The notes under the pieces: model-generated
The model's database searches: none
The model's input: only the letters and a program-made list of their open reading frames with translations
Told to the model about the DNA's origin: nothing
Origin: Candidatus Latescibacterota bacterium
GTDB taxonomy: Bacteria; Latescibacterota; UBA2968; UBA8231
Direction of reading: 5' to 3'
Assembly: GCA_965217585.1 (NCBI GenBank)
Contig: OZ244561.1
Span: 3,360,001 to 3,424,000, forward strand
Length of the DNA stretch: 64,000 bases
Position numbers and translations under genes: made by a program
In this document: one piece after another, positions 17,674 to 29,975 of the stretch
Numbering within the stretch: position 1 is the stretch's first letter
How the letters are laid out: every line of letters starts with the position of its first letter

Positions 17674-18814
17674 TATAGCCGTCCTAAATCATTTAAGTGC
17701 CAAATTATATTGGCTTAACTTAGGGAATTGGAAGTATTTTTTCTGTCGAATGCCCTTGACAAATAGGTCTTTAATCTGTTCAAAACAGGTGGTCCATACC
17801 GCATGGGTACGGACAAAAGTCTTGCCTTTTAACCAGATGTCTTCGACCGGGTTTTCTTGCGGTGTATAGGGCGCTAATCGCGTACAGCATATCTTCCATT
17901 CATCAGGCGGTAGATCGGCCTGCATCGTTTGTAGAAAATCGCGCATGGCCTGTTGGTGATGATAGGACACCCCATCCCAAAAGATCAATAACTTTTGTCC
18001 GGGACGCTGTTGTTGTAGGTAGCGTATAAAATCGACCGTATAGTGTGCATTGGCCTTGGGATATGGTTGCATGAGAAAGGTGCCCTTGACTATATCCAAC
18101 GCCCCATAATAGGTTTGTCGTTGCCGTCCATTTTCAATGGCCACCTCCAGCCGTTGGTCTCGACGCCCCCAGCCATAGCCGCAGGCATCGCCCCAGTGTA
18201 GATGCGATTCATCGATGAAAAAGGCACTGACTTGACCCGCTTGGAGTTCGGCCTTATGCTCGGTTAGTTTTTTTTAATCGCTTCGCGTTTAGAAAGCCCC
18301 TGTTGGGGATCGGTCTTGGGGTGCCGAGCTTGGGCCTTTTTCCAGCTATAGCCCGCCTGAGCAAGCAGATCGTAATAGCTTTGCGATGAGCGAAACACGA
18401 CCCCAAACTGCGTTTGGATATAGGAGGCTAATGAGGCGACCGAAGGGTGCGACTGGGTCGCTAACCAAGCGTTGATTTGGGCGCGCTGATCCGCCGACAA
18501 ATACGGCTGTGAGCCTTTATAGCCTAAGCGAAAACAAGCGACCCCTTCGGCCAGATAGCGCTGCTTCCACGTACTGATGAAGCTCGACTGCACACCGAGA
18601 ATCGCTTGAATCGCACCTTGTTTAAGCCCCAAAAGCGTCATCTGAACCGCTAACGCCCGTTTCAGTTCGCGGGCGTCGGGATTGCTCGCGATAAACGCCG
18701 ATAAAGACGAATCCGAAACCATAGAAAACACTCCTAAAAAAGAACAAGCATGAGAAAACATAGAAGCAAGATAAGAAAAAACCAAAACCTCTCAAGTCAT
18801 TTAGGACTGCTATA
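17674..18814 (-). mobile_element. IS630-family insertion sequence
   Basis: Imperfect TIRs TATAGCCGTCCTAAATCATTT / TATAGCAGTCCTAAATGACTT (18/21 match) with flanking TA duplication. Confidence 0.9.
17689..18722 (-). CDS. IS630 transposase in two frames (probable programmed frameshift)
   Basis: HTH orfA 18722-18264; DDE orfB with FIDESHL, WDGVSYH and ENPVEDIW. An A8 run (18268-18275) lies at the junction, as is common in IS630. Confidence 0.85.
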
Positions 18815-20090
18815 TAACTCACTTGGACTATTATTCGATGCGAATAGCGAGAAATCACGTATAGCTTTGTGTTTGGATTTTGGATTACTATGTGCGTGAG
18901 GAGTATCTTCGCTAAGTGAATCGAATAGCGTCTGTTGGCTATGATTATCTTGGCGATGTGCATCTTTGTTTACGAAATCGCCCATAGCCTGAAGTCCGCT
19001 ATCAAAGCGCTTTAGTATCGTCTTTATCGCTTCAATGCTATTATCTGCACCTATCCAATTGCGTTGCATTTCGTCCGCAACAGCAAGGGTTGTCCCAGAA
19101 CCGGCAAAACAATCAAGCACCATATCACCGGGATTAGAAGAAGCAGCAATAATTCTTCTAATTAACCCTGGATTCTTTTCAGTTGGGTAGCCAGTAATTT
19201 TTATATTCTGGTTATGTGCATCACGGAACTCCAACCATATGTCCTGAACACTAACTCCAGGATGTTCATCAAGATAAACCTTTCTTCTTGGATTTCCGTT
19301 CTTTGACCAGAATATTTCTCCCCTCGCGTCCATTTCATCTAGCCTCTTAGGCGTGTACTGCCAGTGTTTGCCCGGGGGAGGCATTTCCCCCCTCCATGGT
19401 TTACCAGTTTCCCCCTTGCGTGTTCCCGGGGCATGGACAGGGACTTTCATATACTTCCGTCCAGTACCCTCTTCGACGTACTGATATTTTTTTTCTTTCT
19501 TCAGATAAAGGGACAGTTTGTTTATTCCATATATACTTATCTGTTTTGGTATAAAAAAGTACGAAATCTGCAATATTGCCGTATGTTTTTCGCGTATAGT
19601 TTTTAGGATTACATTTCTTCCGAACAATCATATTTCTGTAGTTTTCTGGTCCAAATACTTCATCCATGATAATTTTTATTTCGAAAATCATTTTTTCATC
19701 TAAGTGTAGGTAAATCGATCCTTTATTCGACAACAATTTATGAAGCAAAACAATTCTTTTACGTAAAAATTCAACGAATGGAGCACCACTCAAGGTGTCT
19801 TCATATGCTCGTGATTGCTTTCGGGAAACAAATTGACTTTGAGTGGCAAATGGAGGGTCTATGTATATGAGATGTACCTTTCCGCATACATTAGGATCTG
19901 TCACAAGGACGCGAAGGACATCGAAATTATCGCCGAAATACAATCGCTTATGAGATGGATTGGAATGGAGCTTATCAAAAGGGACTATGGAACCATTGAA
20001 TATTTCTTCCTCAGTCGCTTTACCTCTATAATCGAGATGCACTCCACTATCTAAGAGAGTATTATTTTTTTTGGGAATACCGATTGCCAT
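18797..20090 (-). pseudogene. Beta-class amino-DNA methyltransferase split by a frameshift
   Basis: IYIDPPF in the first frame; YPTEKN and VLDCFAGSGTT in the second. Frames switch at an A8 tract (19487-19494). Visibly AT-rich. Confidence 0.88.
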
Positions 20091-20115
20091 ATCTAATATC
20101 CTTTCCTTCAAACTC

Positions 20116-20152
20116 GCTAAATCGACGCGAACCAGTCCTTGTCCACTTCCAC
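20116..20152 (-). repeat. 37-bp direct repeat, right copy (functional mrr 3' end)
   Basis: Identical to 17604-17640; encodes VEVDKDWFASI*. Confidence 0.95.
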
Positions 20153-21031
20153 GACCTCGACCATCTTTGCGGACACGCCGAGTTTGAGTTCCTTCATTTT
20201 ATCCATTAGCAATTCGCCGTCAATCAAGTCTATCGGCGTCGCGCCATCCCGGGTGGCTTCTCGTTGCGCCTCTATTGTGAAGCGACCCGTTGTCAAGATA
20301 AGGCCCTTTTCCGCCCGTCCTACCATCGCGCCGCGAAAGTCCCTGACCACGCTTGCGCCAACGCTGCCGCTGTAGCGCTTGCACTGGAACAGTACGGGAA
20401 AGCTAATCAGCCCCGCGAGACGGATTATGCCATGCCCGTCGATTCCGCCGTCGCTCGATTTTCCCGTGACCTCAACCTCGATAAAGCCCGATTCCCGCAA
20501 GAGCCTTTGGCACAAGCGTTCGAATGCGTCGGGAGGGATGTTGCGGAGGGTGTCGAGCAAATCCTCACGCCAAGAAGCGGTTTCATCTGCGGGGTCTTCG
20601 GCTGAGTTTTCGATTTCTTCGGCTAGGGTGCCTTCCTCAGTTTTCGTTTTTTTGCGAGATCGCTTCTGTTTCAGGTATCGCTGATAAGAATCAACAACTT
20701 CTTTGGAATCAACACGTTGTGTCTCCTGCCCTTTAGCAGTAAGAGACCATACGCCTCTCTCCGAATTATCAATTAAGCCGTAGTTTTTAAGGAAGGTTCT
20801 CGCAAAGCTCAATCGGTACTCTAGCTCTGTCATACGTTCTGCTTGCCCGCTTTTTTTTCCTCGCGCGCAAGGTATTTGAGTAATAGCAGCAGACAGGCCC
20901 ATATCTTCAATTACTTGATTGGCGATTTCGCGCTTGGAAGCACTGCCTCCAAGCGCGTGGAGCGCGGTAAGTGTAGGATTTAGTAGATCAGACTCCCTCG
21001 GGACGTTATCTACATTGACGTTGTCAGTCAT
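20117..21031 (-). CDS. mrr: Mrr type IV restriction endonuclease
   Basis: Mrr N-terminal wHTH (ALHALGGSA...GVWSLT) and catalytic FERLC, DGGIDG, QCKRY, VRDFRGA, IDLIDG. Confidence 0.93.
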   Translation of the reverse strand: MTDNVNVDNVPRESDLLNPTLTALHALGGSASKREIANQVIEDMGLSAAITQIPCARGKKSGQAERMTELEYRLSFARTFLKNYGLIDNSERGVWSLTAKGQETQRVDSKEVVDSYQRYLKQKRSRKKTKTEEGTLAEEIENSAEDPADETASWREDLLDTLRNIPPDAFERLCQRLLRESGFIEVEVTGKSSDGGIDGHGIIRLAGLISFPVLFQCKRYSGSVGASVVRDFRGAMVGRAEKGLILTTGRFTIEAQREATRDGATPIDLIDGELLMDKMKELKLGVSAKMVEVVEVDKDWFASI

Positions 21032-21066
21032 CGCAAAAACTCCTTTGCAGAATTACCCGCGTCGCT

Positions 21067-21855
21067 TTACCGACGGATATGCGGCGCTTCCATCACGGCC
21101 CGCTCCTCCTCGGTCATGTCCTCGATGTACTCGGAATACGTCGTCTCGTGCGGTCCCGAGCCATAGGACAGGGTGCCTGGGCTGAACTTGTACAGCAGCG
21201 CCCGCCGCTCGTGCGCGGCCGTCCACGGCAGCGTCCCGTGCGTCAAGGTCTCGGTGAAGATCACTGCGTCGCCGGCCTTGCCATTTACTTCGATCACGTG
21301 CTCTTGGTGCTTTTCCCACTTAATCATGCTCCGCGGACAGGCTAGGTTGGCCTTGTGGCTACCCGGTATCACCGCTACGCCCCCGTCGCCCGGCCCCTCG
21401 TCGGCTAGCAGATACTCGACCACGGTCAGCCCGGTGAAGATGCGACCGTTCTTAAAGAAGTACACCTCCGATATATCCCCGCGCTCCACCCCGCCGCCGT
21501 GCAAAAGCCCGCCCTCGCAGCCTGTGTCCATGGCGATCAGCCCCGGCCCGTGGTCGAGACGATACCCCCGGCCCAAGATTTCTTCGAGATAGGGTTTGAC
21601 TTTGGTATGCGCCAGCAACTTGCGGAACGGCTCGCAATAGGGCCGATCCCAAGCCAACATGCCGCCTAAATCCTTGCGCCGCGAGGTGCCTTGCATCGTC
21701 TGCGAGTCGCCGGACATCGGGCGATCTATCTCGCTCATAAGGTCGTGGTGGCGGTCGATGCCAGCGTTGAGCTGGGACACCTCCTCGGCGGTCAGCACGT
21801 CTCTGAGGACCAAATAGCCCGTCAGGTCAAAGAGATATTTGTCGTCTGCGTTCAT
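21067..21855 (-). CDS. Phytanoyl-CoA dioxygenase (PhyH) family protein
   Basis: YLFDLTGYLVL, VIPGSHKAN, KAGDAVIFTETLTHGTLPW and RRALLYK. Confidence 0.9.
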   Translation of the reverse strand: MNADDKYLFDLTGYLVLRDVLTAEEVSQLNAGIDRHHDLMSEIDRPMSGDSQTMQGTSRRKDLGGMLAWDRPYCEPFRKLLAHTKVKPYLEEILGRGYRLDHGPGLIAMDTGCEGGLLHGGGVERGDISEVYFFKNGRIFTGLTVVEYLLADEGPGDGGVAVIPGSHKANLACPRSMIKWEKHQEHVIEVNGKAGDAVIFTETLTHGTLPWTAAHERRALLYKFSPGTLSYGSGPHETTYSEYIEDMTEEERAVMEAPHIRR

Positions 21856-21952
21856 GGGGGACTCCTTTGGAGAAAGGTAGGCTGAGAAGATGGTAAATTA
21901 GCGAGCGGCAGAGTAGCCCATTACCGCTGATTTGCCGTAATTATTGCAAGTG

Positions 21953-23883
<1,931 letters not shown>

Positions 23884-23887
<4 letters not shown>

Positions 23888-24270
23888 AACGCAAAAACAT
23901 ACCGACTAGCAGCCCGTTTGGCGCGGAGTTCGGTTATTCGCGCGCCGTGCGCGTGGACCGGCACGTCCACGTCGCTGGCACCTGCGCCCAGCCGCCGCAG
24001 GACCAGGGCGATGCCTACGAACAGGCCAAGGGCGCGTTGCAGATCATCGCCACGGCTCTCACCGAAACCGGAGCTAGCCTCGAAGACGTGGTGCGAACGG
24101 TCGTGTACATCACCGATGTGACCCATGCCGCTGGAGTCACCCGCGCTCACCGCGAGGTATTTGGCGAGATTTTGCCGGCTTCGACCTTGGTCGTGATAGC
24201 CGCGCTGCTAAAGCCGCACTTGGTCGTCGAGATCGAAGCCTATGCCGTTTTGCCCACAGAAAGCGCGTGA
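23884..24270 (+). CDS. RidA/YjgF family protein
   Basis: GYSRAVRV, SLEDVVRT, PASTLV and VEIEA. Confidence 0.92.
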
Positions 24271-25340
24271 ACAAAGACCGCCAAGTCCTGTCCATTGGCG
24301 TGTTGGGCTGCGGCCCCATCGCCCAATTCGCCCACTTTGAGTCGTGTATCAAGGCCCGCAATACGCGGCTGTACGCGCTGTGCGACCAAGCGTCGGACTT
24401 AGTCGAGCGCATGGCGGCCATTCACCAGCCGGAGAAAACCTACGCCGACTTTGCCGACATGCTCGCGGATCCGCAGGTGGAAGCGGTCATCATCGCCACG
24501 GCTGATGCGTTCCACGTCCCGCTCAGCTTGCAGGCGTTGGCGGCTGGCAAACACGTCTTCGTGGAAAAGCCGCTGGGAACAAGCGTGGAAGAGTGCGAAG
24601 CTCTGCGTCAGGCCGTTGCCGACTCGGGCTGCAAGCTCCAGGTCGGCCACATGAAGCGCTTCGATCCCGGCATTGCTTTTGCCCGGCAGTTTATCCGCGA
24701 GGAGATGGGGTCGCTTTTGGCCCTGAAGGCTTGGTATTGCGATTCGACCTATCGCTACACCATGACTGACAACCTCCAGCCGCTGCCGCTGAGCAGTGAT
24801 CAGGCGCGCAAGCCAGCGGACGATCCCAAGGGCGACAAGCGGCGCTACTTCATGCTGACCCACGGTTCGCATCTCATCGACCTAGCCCGCTTTTTGGGCG
24901 GTCCGCTCGCGGCCGTGCGCGGACGGTGCAAGGAAATGTTCGGGGCGTATTCTTGGTTTGTCGAAGTGGAGTTCGCCAACGGCGGTCAGGGGCATCTCGA
25001 CCTGACGGTGGCCGTGCGCATGGACTACCACGAGGGCTTTCACATCTACGGAGAGCACGGCAGCGTCGTCGGCAAAACCTACCTGCCGTGGTTTTTGAAA
25101 TCCAGCGATGTCGAATGCTTCTCCACGCGAGACGGTCAGTACCACCGGCCTTTAGGGGCCGACGCGCACTTCTACCGACTCCAACTCGAAGGTTTTGCCG
25201 ATACCGTCCTGTACGACGCGCCCCAAATGGGGGCCGATGTGGAGGATGGAACCGAAGCGATGCGGGCGATGGCCGCCATTGTCCGCTCGGTCACCAGCGG
25301 CGATTGGGTCCGCTTGGAGACCGTCACCGGCGGCGTCTAA
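24267..25340 (+). CDS. Gfo/Idh/MocA oxidoreductase
   Basis: GVLGCGPIA, HVFVEKP and GHMKRFDP. Confidence 0.92.
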   Translation: MNKDRQVLSIGVLGCGPIAQFAHFESCIKARNTRLYALCDQASDLVERMAAIHQPEKTYADFADMLADPQVEAVIIATADAFHVPLSLQALAAGKHVFVEKPLGTSVEECEALRQAVADSGCKLQVGHMKRFDPGIAFARQFIREEMGSLLALKAWYCDSTYRYTMTDNLQPLPLSSDQARKPADDPKGDKRRYFMLTHGSHLIDLARFLGGPLAAVRGRCKEMFGAYSWFVEVEFANGGQGHLDLTVAVRMDYHEGFHIYGEHGSVVGKTYLPWFLKSSDVECFSTRDGQYHRPLGADAHFYRLQLEGFADTVLYDAPQMGADVEDGTEAMRAMAAIVRSVTSGDWVRLETVTGGV

Positions 25341-25352
25341 CACAGCGGATCA

Positions 25353-26897
25353 ATGCCCATGTCCTCGTCCGGCCCTCGCTTATGGCCTCTCTATTTGCTC
25401 GGAGGAGGCGTCGTCTTAGCGCTCCTGCTGATCTGGTTGCCCGAATCCCCCCATCGCCAGCAACAGGTCATGCGCACTATGGCCACCTTCATGCTCGCGA
25501 TTTTCTTTTCTTTGCTCTGGTTGCTCTTCGCGTCGCGGCTGGCCTGGGGACGGCGCCTGCGCTATTTCGGCGGTATCGTCCTCGCCATTGGGCTTGGGAT
25601 CGGGCTTTTTCGCATTAAGGGTATGAGCGGCGACTTCGCACCGATCCTCGAATGGCGTTGGAGTACTGAGGGCGAAGCCACCGCGGTCGAAGGAGGGGAT
25701 GCAACCGCGCTCGACGCCCGCGATTGGCCGCAATTTCTCGGCCCCGAGCGCAACAACCGCCTCCGCGGCGTCCACCTCGAGCGCGACTGGGCCAAGCACC
25801 CGCCGCGCGAAATCTGGCGTCGCCCCGTCGGCGCAGCGTGGTCCTCGTTTGCCATTGTCGGTGGCCGAGCCGTAACCCAGGAGCAACACGGCCCCGAGGA
25901 GCAGGTCGTCTGCTACGACTTGGCAACGGGCCGCAAGCTCTGGCAACACGCCGACTCGACTCGCTACGAGACCGCCATAGCCGGCATCGGCCCGCGCGCT
26001 ACGCCCACCATCGCTGGAGACCGGGTTTTCACGCTGGGCGCTACTGGCATCCTCAACTGCCTAGATCTGGCCAGCGGGGCGCTGATTTGGTCGCGGGACA
26101 TCCTCGCCGACAATCAGGCTAAGGCCCATATATGGGGCATTAGCTGTTCGCCGTTGGTCCTCGACACCTTGGTCGTGGTCAGTGCCGGAGGCCCGGATGA
26201 GCGCTCGCTAGTGGCCTATCACCGCCAAAACGGCGCGTTTGTGTGGGGCGGGGGCGCAGACAAGGCCGGCTTCAGCTCGCCGCGTTTGGTCACTTTAGCT
26301 GGACGCAAGCAGATCCTGATTTTCAACAACCACAGCGTCGTCGCACACGATCCGCAGAGCGGAGTGCCCCTCTGGCGCCAGCCTTGGGATCGGGCTGAAT
26401 GCATTGCCAATCCCCTGCCCTTGCCCGGGGACCGGGTTCTGGTCTCCACCGGCTACGGCATTGGAGCCAAGCTGTATCAAGTGAATGCCGCGCCCAACGG
26501 CGGCTTGACGACCGATATCGTCTGGAAGAGTCCCCGGATCAAGGCCAAATTTGCCAACATGGTCTACCGCGATGGTTTTGTTTATGGCCTCGACGATGGG
26601 GTGCTGGTCTGCCTCGACCCGCAAGACGGCAAGCGTCGCTGGAAGCGCGGGCGCTACGGCCACGGCCAGCTCATCCTGATAGACGATATCCTGCTGATAA
26701 TGAGCGAATCGGGCGACGTGTTACTGGTCGAGGCTCGCCCCGACCGCCACGTAGAACTAGCGCGAATGACGGCCTTCGACGGCAAAACTTGGAATCCCCC
26801 GGCCTTTGCCACACCCTATCTGTTAGTGCGCACGGACAGCGAGGCCGCCTGCTACGAGCTGGCGCTTGCAGACGGTGTCCAGGCGCAGCGCTTCTAA
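25353..26897 (+). CDS. Membrane-anchored PQQ-like beta-propeller protein
   Basis: Three N-terminal TM segments; WPQFLGPERN, GPRATP, SCSPLV and KTWNPP. Confidence 0.88.
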   Translation: MPMSSSGPRLWPLYLLGGGVVLALLLIWLPESPHRQQQVMRTMATFMLAIFFSLLWLLFASRLAWGRRLRYFGGIVLAIGLGIGLFRIKGMSGDFAPILEWRWSTEGEATAVEGGDATALDARDWPQFLGPERNNRLRGVHLERDWAKHPPREIWRRPVGAAWSSFAIVGGRAVTQEQHGPEEQVVCYDLATGRKLWQHADSTRYETAIAGIGPRATPTIAGDRVFTLGATGILNCLDLASGALIWSRDILADNQAKAHIWGISCSPLVLDTLVVVSAGGPDERSLVAYHRQNGAFVWGGGADKAGFSSPRLVTLAGRKQILIFNNHSVVAHDPQSGVPLWRQPWDRAECIANPLPLPGDRVLVSTGYGIGAKLYQVNAAPNGGLTTDIVWKSPRIKAKFANMVYRDGFVYGLDDGVLVCLDPQDGKRRWKRGRYGHGQLILIDDILLIMSESGDVLLVEARPDRHVELARMTAFDGKTWNPPAFATPYLLVRTDSEAACYELALADGVQAQRF

Positions 26898-26981
26898 TAG
26901 GGTCATGGATTTACCCGTTGCCCTGCCAATTGTGACTCTATGTCTGAATTGGTAGTGCCTCTTAAATAAAGGAGGAAAGTC

Positions 26982-27851
26982 ATGAAAGACTATTCGCACA
27001 TTCAGAAGCCGGACTTGGGCTATCGCTATGAGTTTGCCACCGATGAACTCGACGCGATGGACGAGTGCTTGGAGGCGCACGGCTTCGCGGTGATCAAAGA
27101 CGTGCTGCCGCCGGAGATCGTCGCCAAGCTCAAGCAGGCGGTGTGGGACGGCACGGACCCGGAGCACACGTTGCAACCGGGCGAGAGCCGCACGCGGCAC
27201 GCTTGGATCGAGTCCGGCCCGGGCGCTTGGGAAGTGCTCGACTACGAGCCTTTCATGGACATTCACCGGCACCTGATCGGCACCGACGAACTGACGCTCC
27301 ACCGCTCGGCCGCCATCATCCGCCGGACTGGCTCGGCTCCCGTGGGGTGGCATACCGATTGGTGCGGCTACTCGACCGAGATCAAGCATTCGGGCGACGT
27401 CCTCAACCGCGGACTGTGGCCGTCGGGCAAGTGGTTCTACCTGACCGGCTCGCGGCCCGAGCACGGCGGCCTGTGCGTCATTGAGGATTCCCACGTCGAA
27501 GATTGGGAGGGGCCGGAGGGATTCAGCATGACGGCCGACCGGCGCTCCTTCTACCCGGAGGGCACGGAGGAACGCGGCTACAACGGCTTCGACATCCCCG
27601 GCCTCGTCCCCCTCTTCACCAACGGCGGCGACATGATCGTCTTCGCCCATCGCACGTATCACGGCGCGTTCCCCAACCGAATTGAAGAAACGCGCCTCTC
27701 TTGCGGCATCGGCTTCCGTCCCCGCAACCACCGCATCGACATTCCCTGGGAAATCCCCGAGGGAGGCCAGTGGTTTTTGGCCAACCTACCCGAGCATTTG
27801 CGCCGCTATACGGACGGGTACACGAGCATCAATTTGGAGTGGCAGGGCTGA
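26982..27851 (+). CDS. PhyH-family dioxygenase
   Basis: HGFAVIKDVL, GWHTD, IEDSH and GDMIVFAHRTYHGA; AAGGAGG RBS. Confidence 0.85.
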   Translation: MKDYSHIQKPDLGYRYEFATDELDAMDECLEAHGFAVIKDVLPPEIVAKLKQAVWDGTDPEHTLQPGESRTRHAWIESGPGAWEVLDYEPFMDIHRHLIGTDELTLHRSAAIIRRTGSAPVGWHTDWCGYSTEIKHSGDVLNRGLWPSGKWFYLTGSRPEHGGLCVIEDSHVEDWEGPEGFSMTADRRSFYPEGTEERGYNGFDIPGLVPLFTNGGDMIVFAHRTYHGAFPNRIEETRLSCGIGFRPRNHRIDIPWEIPEGGQWFLANLPEHLRRYTDGYTSINLEWQG

Positions 27852-27861
27852 CTGACCAGGA

Positions 27862-27906
27862 CTAATCCTCGCGGCGCGGGCGGACCACAGTTTCGCCGAC
27901 CGGTTC
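27862..27906 (-). repeat. 45-bp direct copy of the 3' end of the 29109-29945 gene
   Basis: 43/45 identical to 29109-29153, including the stop codon. Confidence 0.93.
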
Positions 27907-27926
27907 CTGAAAGAAGAGAGATCGCC

Positions 27927-29069
27927 ATGAAGGATACTCGTCCCCGACTGCTCTTCAATTCCCGTGGGCGCTTGGGCGTATTTGACCTGAATGATTCGCG
28001 GATATGGTATCCTCGCCCGGACGTTCCGGGCATGGTCAGTTGGAGCTGGGGGCCGGTCTTCGAAGATCGTCGCCGGGTGATCGTGTCCGGTTGCGAACCC
28101 GGCAAGGCCTGGGAAGGCAACGTAAGGGTCCATCTGTGGATATATGACCTAGATGAAAACCGGCTGCTGGGGGAGATCGCCCGCAAAAACAGGCCCGCCC
28201 CCTTCATGGTGTGCAGTCATATCCTGCCGGGGGAAGATCGCCTCGTGATGAACCCGATCATCGACGGGAAACAGCGCGTCTGGACCATGGATCTGGATGG
28301 TTCCGAGCCACGGGAAATCACGCGCGTCGAAGACGGGTTTGTTTATTGCGTCCAGATCAGCCCGGACGGCCAGAAGATCGCGTACCACGCGACCATGCTG
28401 TCCGGCCGGGACAGTTACTGCGTTTTCGTCTCGGACCTGGACGGAGGCAACCGGGTGGAAGTCGCCTCGGCCCTGGGTCACTTGTACTTCGGACCCATGT
28501 GGTCGCCGGACGGAAAATGGCTGATCTACCAAGACTGCCACTATCCCGACGATCCGGGCCACGACTGGGCGGACCTTTGCCTGGGCAGCAGAGATGGGTC
28601 GATAAACCGGAAGGTCACGGAGGGCCAGCGCCAGTGGTTCGCCACGTCCTACGGCGACCCGGAAACCCGGGGTGGCGGTTCCAACATGGCCCAGTGGACG
28701 CCGGACGGAAAAAGGGTAACCTACACCCGGGCAGAGCCCGGTTCTCAAACGGCTTGGCCGTACCAGGCGGAACGGCCGGATACCGATCATTTCAACCGGG
28801 ACTACTACCCGGAGGACGCCCGCGGCGGCACCGCCATATGTCTGCTCGATCCCTTTACGGGCGAGGAGACGGAGTTTATACCCTGCGAATCTCGCGTCTG
28901 GAATTTCCGTGCGGTCTGGTCGCCGGACGGCTCTATGTTTGCCTTCTGCCGCGCCGAGGTTGGTTCACCGAGCAGCCTGTGGCTGGTCAATGCCGACGGC
29001 AGTGCCCCGCGCATGTTGACCGACGGATACGAACACCAGGGTGCGGATCACCCGCTATGGGTGGTGTGA
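27927..29069 (+). CDS. TolB-like (PD40) beta-propeller protein
   Basis: Repeats ISPDGQKIAY, WSPDGKWLIY, WTPDGKRVTY and WSPDGSMFAF; no obvious signal peptide. Confidence 0.85.
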   Translation: MKDTRPRLLFNSRGRLGVFDLNDSRIWYPRPDVPGMVSWSWGPVFEDRRRVIVSGCEPGKAWEGNVRVHLWIYDLDENRLLGEIARKNRPAPFMVCSHILPGEDRLVMNPIIDGKQRVWTMDLDGSEPREITRVEDGFVYCVQISPDGQKIAYHATMLSGRDSYCVFVSDLDGGNRVEVASALGHLYFGPMWSPDGKWLIYQDCHYPDDPGHDWADLCLGSRDGSINRKVTEGQRQWFATSYGDPETRGGGSNMAQWTPDGKRVTYTRAEPGSQTAWPYQAERPDTDHFNRDYYPEDARGGTAICLLDPFTGEETEFIPCESRVWNFRAVWSPDGSMFAFCRAEVGSPSSLWLVNADGSAPRMLTDGYEHQGADHPLWVV

Positions 29070-29108
29070 CGGGAGCTAGTCCCTCCCTCTGTAGTGAACT
29101 GGCTAGGG

Positions 29109-29945
29109 CTAATCCTCGCGGCGCGGGCGGACCACGGTTTCGCCGTCCGGTTCGATGAGGGGGTGATGGTAGATGTAGGGCGGTTCGAGCACTGCCTGCT
29201 GCGCTGCGGTCAATTCCGACACCCATTCTGGTTGGCTGACCTCGTATGTGCCGCCGTCGTAGTGCAGGTACTTCGGCGTGTACCGGTAGAGCAGGGCGCG
29301 GCGGTCGTGGTCCGCCTGCCACGGCAGGGTGCCGTGCAAGGTGTTTTCGCTAAAGATGACCATGTCGCCGGCCTTCAGGGGCACTTGGTAAACAACCTCT
29401 TGGTGCTCCTCCCAAGTAGTGATCTTCGCAGGGCAAGAAAAGTTTGCCTTGTGGCTGCCCGGGATGACGCAGAGGCCGCCGTCGCCGGGATTCTGATCGT
29501 GTAAAGTGTACTGGACGACCAGAAGGCCACAGCGCATTTGGCCGTTGGAGTACGCGTAGAAGCGGGAGCCATTGAAGAGGACGTTGGTGGTGCCGTGGAT
29601 GCGCAGGCCTTCGATTCCTTTAGGACCGGTAATCATTAACGGCTCGTGGTCGAGCTTCCAGCCGCGTCCGTGCAGGGTGTCGAGGTAGGGCAGGAGCTTG
29701 CGGTGGGCGAGCAGGTCGCGGAATGGCTGGCAATGGGGCTGCTCCCAGGTGAGCATGTCGGTGAAAAGGCCGCGCTTGTTCGTTCCAGCCATGTTGCCGC
29801 TGGGGTCGCCGATTGGGTCTTCGCGGCGCTGGTCCCAGTTGGCGTCGAAAGCGTCGTTGAGCGCTTTGACTTCGCCTTGCGAGAGGAACTCGCGGACGAC
29901 GGTGAAGCCCTGCAGGTCGAAGAGGAATTTTTCGGTGTCGTTCAT
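29109..29945 (-). CDS. PhyH-family dioxygenase
   Basis: FLFDLQGF, VIPGSHKAN and KAGDMVIFSENTLHGTLPW; paralog of 21067-21855. Confidence 0.9.
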   Translation of the reverse strand: MNDTEKFLFDLQGFTVVREFLSQGEVKALNDAFDANWDQRREDPIGDPSGNMAGTNKRGLFTDMLTWEQPHCQPFRDLLAHRKLLPYLDTLHGRGWKLDHEPLMITGPKGIEGLRIHGTTNVLFNGSRFYAYSNGQMRCGLLVVQYTLHDQNPGDGGLCVIPGSHKANFSCPAKITTWEEHQEVVYQVPLKAGDMVIFSENTLHGTLPWQADHDRRALLYRYTPKYLHYDGGTYEVSQPEWVSELTAAQQAVLEPPYIYHHPLIEPDGETVVRPRRED

Positions 29946-29975
29946 GTCGATTCTGACCTCCCGTCAGTTGTTGAA

